Shown here: one piece after another, positions 50,886-64,000 of the stretch
How positions within the stretch are numbered: position 1 is the first letter of the stretch
Layout of the letters: every line of letters starts with the position of its first letter
Source: the human T2T-CHM13v2.0 reference genome, Homo sapiens
Direction: 5' to 3' (one strand)
DNA length: 64,000 nt
Assembly: GCF_009914755.1 (NCBI RefSeq)
Contig: NC_060936.1
Made by a program: the position numbers and the translations under genes
The notes under the pieces: generated by a model
Seen by the model: the letters and a program-made list of their open reading frames with translations, nothing else
Told to the model about the DNA's origin: nothing
Database searches by the model: none

Positions 50886-51056
50886 CTGTGTAGGTTCAGG
50901 AGCCATACTCTTCCTTTGTTCTGTTGATTTTTCTATTGCTTCACTAAGAGACTTTGCATATTGTACCATAGCTTTCAACTGGGAATCAGTCAAAACCCAT
51001 AATAAGTCATCCAATATTAGAACTAACTTTGTTGCTATGACATTGCAGTCCTTTAA
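50886..51056 (-). CDS. BLTP3B: Exon 7 (171 nt): LKDCNVIATK...SMAPEPTQ
   Basis: ctacag|TTAAAG ... CAG|gtaagc; phase 0-0. Confidence 0.96.
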
Positions 51057-51106
51057 CTGTAGGAAAAAAAAATGTTTTATAAAATTAAGCCAAGATATAA
51101 ACCTTA

Positions 51107-52328
<1,222 letters not shown>

Positions 52329-52583
52329 GAACAACAAAAAACCTTTGAAAAATCTATTAAACCTAAGACTGAAGAACATTATACCAGTTTTCTATAAATA
52401 TTATCTGAGTAACTATACCTCCCTTTATTTTGCATTATTTTAATATGCCACTGGTAATATGCCAATATTTCACCTAAGACATTGTTTAAAATTTCCTATA
52501 GTTAACTAATAGTTAACACACAAATCAAAAAGTCAAATCCAACAGTTAACACATGAATCAAAAATGTAATCTTGTTGACTCAC

Positions 52584-52724
52584 CCTTCTTTTAAGTGTGA
52601 CTCTGATTTTTGATTGGTTGGTTATTAATCGAACAGGAGCACACATAATTTCAAGATGTGAACTTTGGGTGGCATCTGCCTCTATTCTTATCATCTGCCA
52701 ATTTATTTCTTTAAAAGTCAAAAC
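52584..52724 (-). CDS. BLTP3B: Exon 6 (141 nt): VLTFKEINWQ...RVTLKRR
   Basis: ccttag|GTTTTG ... AGG|gtgagt; phase 0-0. Confidence 0.96.
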
Positions 52725-53153
52725 CTAAGGAGAACACAGAGATTAACTTCACTTACTCATGCAAAACAGAATGAGAAAAATGTAGATTTTTAAAAACAAA
52801 GCAAATGTATATTCTCAGTTAATTTTCACATGACATTTTAGATATATTCACCATGTTTTTATTTTTGTAAATTGCATTATTCCATCAAATTCAATTACAC
52901 CTCTTCATATTCATATTCATCATATGTAAAGCTGTTAATACTTTTAATCTAAGTAATTCAGTTAATGTAAAGCTCAAATGCATGAAATCACGTTACCAAG
53001 AAACAAACAACATATTTTAGTTTGGGGAATTTAAAAATTCAATTCTGAGTAGCTGAGAAGTTAAAATAGGGCTTTAAATGGAAAGATTTACTAGAGTAAA
53101 GACATTAAAATGTGCACATTTTATAAATGAATGATTAAGAGTAATACAGAGAG

Positions 53154-53457
53154 CTGGGTGCAATGGTTCAGGCCTGTAATCTCAGAGCACTATGGGAGGA
53201 CAAGGCAGGTGGATAGCTTGAGCCCAGGAGTATGAGACCAGCCTGGGCAACATGGCAAAACCCTGTCTCTACCAAAAATACAAAAATTAGGCAGGCGCAG
53301 TAGTACATGCTGTTAGTCCCAGCTACTCAAGATGCTGAGGTGGGAGGATCACCTGAGCCCAGGGAGGTCAAGGCTGCAGTGAGCCGTGATTGCGCCACTG
53401 CACTCCAGCCTGAGCAACAGAGTGAGACCCTGTCTCCCCGCACCCTCCCCAAAAAAA
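53154..53457 (+). mobile_element. AluJ
   Basis: TSD agtaatacagaga. Confidence 0.9.
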
Positions 53458-53570
53458 GTAATACAGAGAAAAGCAAAGTTAAAAGGCAACCATGAGATGT
53501 GATTTTTTTAATCGTCCTCTTTTACTTGTCACTAAATGAAACATTTAAAAAAGAAAGAAAAAAATGTTAC

Positions 53571-53760
53571 CTCTCCTCTCTGTGGATCCTGAATACGAGT
53601 AAATCTCAAATCTCCATGTTCCCAGTGTGCATTTACACTATAGATCCGAAGCTGAGAAAGTTCAAATGATGCATTGAAGGCTTTTGCTCCAATTCTGATG
53701 ACTATAGAATTTACAGAAACAGAAATTCCCTCAACTACTTTTTCAGCAAAGCCGTATTCA
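53571..53760 (-). CDS. BLTP3B: Exon 5 (190 nt): (S)EYGFAEKVVEG...QDPQRGE
   Basis: ttccag|TGAATAC ... GAG|gtaaca; lies within ORF 53532..53798. Confidence 0.96.
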
Positions 53761-53838
53761 CTGGAAAAACAAAGCAAAACAAAATACACTAATGACAAAA
53801 CTAATTTTTAAAAATTCTATTAATATTTGCACATTTCT

Positions 53839-55959
<2,121 letters not shown>

Positions 55960-56927
55960 TTACTCTGAACACCACTCAATGAATGTATTCATTTTATTGA
56001 TATCCATTCCAGACCTACTGAATCAGAAATTCAAGAAAAGGAGCTTCAGAGACTTTGTAGATTTAATAAGCACTCTAAATGACTGTTACAATCAGGCAAG
56101 TCTGAAAAAATGCTGAAATAGATTAACCATACTGCCATATGTCAAAATATGAGGATGATTTAAATAGTTTAAATCATCACATGATTAGAAAGCCAAAATT
56201 ATAAAGCTTATGATACTATAAAAACAAGAATTAGGAAGAACACTATCAACTATACTAAGCACACAAGGACAAAATGATTCATTTTAGTTCTTTCCGACTC
56301 TAGCCAACCTAAAGGCCAACAACTATTCTATGAAAACTGAAATCATAATCTAACCTGTAAAATCTGAAGTTGCAGGATGATGCTACATTACAAAGAAGTT
56401 AACATGAAAGCTCTTTTCCCAGTCACTAATATCTGTAGTCCAAATATAAACTGCACATCTGATAAACCTGGCCTTTAGTCAACTCTTAGAAGTGGAACGA
56501 ATCACCATTAGATTCCCATGGCATGCACTGTAGGTATTCTCATGGCATGCACTAACATAAAGGTGGCTCAACCTTTGTAAAACAGGAGTAAGTGAGTGTG
56601 TGTCTGTGTACACACACGAATGCATTCATCCTCAAGAAAAGTTTTATCAATTGTTTTACATAACACCTAGAATACTATACATGTTCAGAGCTGCTATTTT
56701 ACGCAATATGAGGAGGCATTAATCACATTAAAAATCTATGTCAACAATTAATGTGAACGCAAAAATAATGCAGAAATCCTGTTGTAGAAAAATCATGTAT
56801 AGTTCTAGATTTAAATTTCACTGAGTGCAAAAAAGCAGACAACATATTTTTAAAAATTTAATAACTTCTAACTTTTCAAAAAGACTTTATGAAATGATCC
56901 CCATACTTCTGCTGTATTAGCATCTGA

Positions 56928-57630
<703 letters not shown>

Positions 57631-57984
57631 TCCCAACTTAACTCTTAAGAGTCATAAAAGTTCCACTGATGCACAGAAAATGATATGCAGAGAAACTGAT
57701 CAGAGGCTATCTGATTTATATAATGCCTAAATTCTTCTGCTTCCATTTTCTGTTGCTGCTCTGCCATTAGTTAATCACTATTATTTAATAATAGCAAGGA
57801 AAGCAAGATGAATAAAGAAAGTTAAAAGTCAAATCTGCAACTTTGCAATGTATATAACTAAAATTGTAAAATGTTTGATGGGAGAGCTGACTGAAATAGA
57901 GGCCATTTGAGGTTAAGGCTTTTTTTTTTTTTTTTTTTAATGTCCTGTTATTGGCAGTCATGCAGATTAATGGAAGTAGCTTAC

Positions 57985-58076
57985 CTTTGTCCTGAAGCAG
58001 TTGCAATTGGTGATGGGCCATTAGGGCTTCTTGGTTCTTCACATGTACTCATTTCCATTATTACTTTATCCAGGGA
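57985..58076 (-). CDS. BLTP3B: Exon 4 (92 nt): SLDKVIMEMSTCEEPRSPNGPSPIATASGQ(S)
   Basis: tattag|TCCCTG ... AAG|gtaagc; phase 0 to 2. Confidence 0.95.
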
Positions 58077-59131
58077 CTAATAAAAACGTTAAAATATAAA
58101 CAATTAGATTATTTATTCTACGTATATTATTAAAGTATTATTTAAGATTATTTTCTCTTTCATTTTTCTTTAGGAAGAAAGTAAAAAGTGAGCAGAGTCA
58201 TTTAAGTGCCTCTCTACAGGTCTAAAAAGACAAATGCCAAAAAAGAACACAAAGCACTCAATCAGTTCTCAAGGCATTTATTATCTGGTGGAAAAGCTAT
58301 GTGTATTACAGGTGTTGGGGGGTGGGGAATTAAGACATAGCCATTAACTACTAAAATCATCAGATTTCATGAAAACAGAATCTCTACTCCCAGATATATT
58401 CATTGATGAAATTATATATTAATAAGTAGGACTGAACTACCCCAAAAAGCTTATCACAATCTAAGATCTGAGCTATGAGACACAAAACTATGGGAAATAT
58501 GAAATAAGCAGGAAATGTGAAAAAAAATAAACACTCCCATAATGGAAAAGGTTCTTTCTCAGGGTAATATTTTTCTCCTTGAAGAAAGATCTAATGTCCT
58601 TAATCGCCATCACTAACACTACTCCAGTCATTCTTCATTCTCTATTTCATATATAGCATTTATTATTATCTGAAACTGTCTTGTTTTATTCATGTTCTTG
58701 ATCATTGTATTTTTTAAATGAACGAACAAATGATCAATTTTCTTCAACTTTCCTTAAAAAGCAAAGTATATTAAAGAACATATTTCATAATTTACTAGAT
58801 CACTAAAAGGAGAAACAAAGACAGTCTGGATCAAATGTTACTGAAAGAATAATCCCATAGTACATCAACAAAGAGTTAAATGATGCAATAAAATACTATA
58901 CCAATTTAGAACACAGTATTCTAGACCTGAAAAACTTTAAAGATGCTCCTACTTTAAGGTTAAAGCTTCTCATTTAAAGGATGAAAAACCTGAGTCCTAT
59001 CAAAATAAAATGAAACCTAACTGGTGAAAAATCCAGACTATATTTCCATGAAACAAAAGATTACTATGAACAGAGTAGCTAGATAATGTATATATATAAA
59101 TGTTTATTTCTAAAGTGGTTTCAGAACTCAC

Positions 59132-59170
59132 CAAACAGATGGGATGTGTTTTCAGTTTTGTCCATGGGAT
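59132..59170 (-). CDS. BLTP3B: Exon 3 (39 nt micro-exon): IPWTKLKTHPICL
   Basis: tttgtag|ATCCCATGG ... TTG|gtgagt; contains the IPW..L motif typical of Chorein_N; phase 0-0. Confidence 0.95.
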
Positions 59171-59373
59171 CTACAAATGAAAAATTTTTAATTTAAGATC
59201 AATCATTAAGAAGAAAATAATGTAAACAGTAATCAATACAGGTGTTATATTAATATAGGACAGACACACCAAATTATATAAAATCACTTTTCTTAAACTA
59301 CAAAATAAACTAAGCAACTCACTCATACTTTTGAAACCAGATGTACCCATTTTATTTAAGAAATTATTACTAG

Positions 59374-59722
<349 letters not shown>

Positions 59723-59949
59723 AATTTCAGGTTCTTTTAAGTATCTTTTTTTTTTTAACAATCCTTAAAACAAATCTTAATATCATAATTTAAATGAAGA
59801 GCTTAACAACCTGTTTAATCCTAAAATTCTGAGCAATCATTTTGTAAATATTCAAGACAAATACAAAAGTTCGGCCATTAATATAAAATGTAGGAAACAT
59901 CAAATACATAATGTTGATATACCCTGTACTAAAAATGCCAAGTTTTGCC

Positions 59950-61982
59950 TCCAAAAGGCTCTTAGATCTAATAAATAAATTCAGTAAGGTTTAGGTTACA
60001 AAATCAACGTACACAAATTAGTAGCACTGCTACAAACCAACAAAAACCACGCTGATAATCAAATCAGGAACTCAATCCCTTTTACAATAACTACTGCTAC
60101 TACAAAAAAAAAAAAAAAAAAAAAAAAAAAATGTAGGAATATACCTAACCAAGGAGTTGAAAGATCTCCACATGGAGAACTACAAAACACTGTGGAAAAT
60201 CATAGATGACATAAGCAAATGGAAATATATCCCATACTCGTGGACTGGAAGAATCTATACTGTGAAAATGACCATACTGCCCAAAGCAATCTACAAATTC
60301 AACACAATTCTTCTCAAAGTACTAACATCATTTTTCACAGAATTAGAAAAAACAATCCTAAACTTCATATGGAACCAAAAAAGAACCCAAATAGCCAAAG
60401 CAATCCTAAGCAAAAAGAACAAAACTGGAGGCATCACATTACCCAACTTCAAATTATGCAAGTCTATAGTAACCAAAACAGCATGGAACAGGTGTAAAAA
60501 TAGGCACATGGACCAATGGAACAGAATAAAGTATTCTGTTTCTGTTCCATTGAACAGAATACACAGGCCAATGGAACAGAATAGAGAACCAAGAAATAAA
60601 GCCAAATACTAACAATCAACTGATCTTTGACAAAGCATACAAAAACACAAACTGGAGAAAGGACACCATATTCAATAAATGGTGCTGGAAAAAGTGGATA
60701 GCCACATGTAGAAGAATGAAATTGGATCCCTATCTCTTACTGTATACAAAAATTAACTCAAGATAAATGAAAGTTTTAAATCTAAGATCTGAAACCATAA
60801 AAACTGTGGAAGAAAACCTAGGAAAAACTCTTCTGAACGTTGGCCTAGGCAAAGAATTTATGACTGAGACCCCAAAAGCAAATGCAACAAAAATAAATGA
60901 GACCTAATTAAACTAAAACGCTTCTACACAACAAAAGAAATAATCATCTGAGTAAACTGACAACCTACGGATTGTCAATATTCACAAACTATGCATCTGA
61001 CAAAGAAAATATGCACAAATTATGTGTCTGACAAAGGACTAATATTCAGAATCTACAAGGAACTCAAACAAATCAGCAAGAAAAAAAACACGCCCATTAA
61101 AAAGTGAGCAAGGACATGAACAGACATTTTGCAAAAGAAGATATACAAATGGCCAACAACCACATGAAAAAATGCTCAAAATCATTAATCATAAGGGAAA
61201 TGCAAATTAAAAACACATTGAGACACCACCTTTTTCCAGCCAGAATGGCCATTACTAAAAAGTTGAAAAACAATCGATGTTGGCATGGAAGTGATGAAAA
61301 AGGAATGCTTATACACTGCTGGTAGGAATATAAGTTAGTACAACCTCAATAGAAAACAGTATAGAAATTTCTCAAAGAACTAAAAGTAGATCTACCATTC
61401 GATCCAGCAATCCCACTACCGAGTGGGTACCTATCCAAAGGAAGAGAAGTCACTATATGAAAAAGACACTGGTCCTCATTTCAAACATGACTCTATTAAA
61501 AAAAAAAAAGACACCTGGACACATATGTCTATTGCAACACAATGCACAATTGCAAAGATATGGAATCAATCTAAGTGCCCATCAACCTATGAGTGGTTAC
61601 AGAAAATGTGGTACATAAATACCATGGAATACTACTCAGCCATAAAAAAAGAGCAAAATAATGTCTTTTGCAGCAACTTGAAAAGAACTGGAGGCCATTA
61701 TTCTAAGTGAAGTAACATGAATTGAAAACCAAATACCACATGTTCTTTTAAGTGTGAGGTGAACTATGGGTATGCAAAGGCATACAGAGTGGCATAATGG
61801 ACTTTGAAGACTCAGAAGGTGGGTAGGGGTAGGAGAGGGATGAGGGATGAAACTACTTCCTGAGTACAATATACACTACTCAGCTGACAGATGCACTAAA
61901 ATCCCAGACTTTACCACTATACAATTCACTCATGTAAACAAAAACCACTTGTATCTCTAAAGCTATTGAAATAAAAAAAAAT
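59950..61982 (+). mobile_element. 5'-truncated L1 (L1PB3/4-like)
   Basis: ORF2 remnant 60157..60612; 3' end cactaaaatcccagactttaccact...ctaaagctattgaaataaaaaa. Confidence 0.88.
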
Positions 61983-62223
61983 TTACTGAAAGTGTCAAGT
62001 CTTTGTAGATATTTAGGTTTCCAAAGGATAGAACAAAAATTAAAAGTGACCATCAAAGGATATAGGAACTTTTCTATAATCTTTTCTTAGGAGCCCAAAT
62101 TTTAGTTTTAGGAAACAATCAGCATGCAGTATTTCAACTAAGCAGACAACTCTTAAACAAAGCCTCATCTTTAAGACCAAGAAGTGACACAAATTGACAT
62201 ATGATTAAAGATAAGTAGAGGTC

Positions 62224-63257
<1,034 letters not shown>

Positions 63258-63602
63258 AACTCACTACAAGTTTAGATTGTCCCATTTGACAATAAAACTT
63301 ATGAAAAAACTATCTTTGAACATGTACCAAATGGATGCAATTATTTTATTAACAAATTAATAATTTTGAAATATTAATGGAATCACTTTACACAAAAATT
63401 AAGATCTATAAAGTAGTTAATATATGCCTTTACACATAAGGCACACATTTATGCAAAGGTATCTTTCTTTTGAAATTATATTAATAAAAATGTTTTTACA
63501 CAATTATCTAAAATTAAGTATTTTAAAAGCTAGAGCCAAAATATAGAAGGAAAACATGAAAGGCCTTCCACAAATATCAAGCCACAGATATCAAAGTCTC
63601 AC

Positions 63603-63765
63603 CCTAATGGACGCTTTATTACAAAAAACTTTGTTGATAGCAAGCCATGTTGGCAAATCCAACATATTCTGGAGTACTTCTTCATCCAACTCCAAATTCT
63701 TCAGTTCACCTTCTCCTTTAAGGGTACTTAGATTTATCTTGTCAGGAGATAAATTTTTGGTAAAT
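63603..63765 (-). CDS. BLTP3B: Exon 2 (163 nt), Chorein_N region: (R)FTKNLSPDK...VFCNKASIR
   Basis: acceptor ttcag|ATTTACC, donor AGG|gtgaga; phase 2 to 0. Confidence 0.96.
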
Positions 63766-63874
63766 CTGAAAGAGAATACACATTGACATTTATTTATGTG
63801 TCAGTTACTATACTCCAGAGTCATTTTTTCAAATATACAGAGAACTAAAAATATAATAGGAGTGGACACAACAT

Positions 63875-64000
63875 AATGTCCATCAACGACAAATGGATAA
63901 AGAAAATGTGGTACATATACACGATGGAGTATTATTCAGCCATAAAAAAGAATGAGATCCTGTCATTTGCAACAACATGGATGGAACTGGAGGACACTAC
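63875..64000 (+). mobile_element. L1 fragment (end of ORF2) running off the window
   Basis: aatgtccatcaacgacaaatggataaagaaaatgtggtacatatacacgatggag. Confidence 0.85.

Noticed and set aside
63556-63786. Plus-strand ORFs overlapping exons (also 13402-13611 and 14242-14445)
   Set aside because: Antisense shadows of BLTP3B coding exons with no independent evidence

Overview
Primate (human-like) genomic DNA: AT-rich and dense in Alu, L1 and LTR repeats. The window holds most of one minus-strand gene, which I recognise from its translation as BLTP3B (UHRF1BP1L/SHIP164), a VPS13/ATG2-family bridge-like lipid transfer protein. I located 18 coding exons by hand (exons 2-19, numbering assumes a 44-nt first coding exon outside the window). 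All have GT-AG boundaries and consistent phases, giving 4037 coding nt (about residues 15-1361). The first and last exons lie outside the window. The introns are largely transposon-derived: a TSD-flanked near-full-length L1PB carrying a MER11 solo LTR and three Alus, a MER21-like LTR nest (MST LTR, full THE1 provirus, Alu, L1), roughly 45 Alu copies or fragments, and MLT1, Tigger3/MER7, MER20, MER33, MADE1 and MIR elements. I see no wholly new gene system. The most interesting structure is in intron 12: a MIR-derived alternative last exon (adds TAFLSR-stop, predicted 522 aa) whose AATAAA sits at the junction of the antisense L1PB, suggesting a transposon-built truncation switch. Other candidates include a poison exon in intron 15, a (UG)22 tract beside the exon 10 donor, a DR1-like motif array in the MER11 LTR, and small retro-insertion and repair scars. 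Repeat subfamily calls come from recalled consensus sequences, and repeat boundaries are approximate unless a TSD is quoted.
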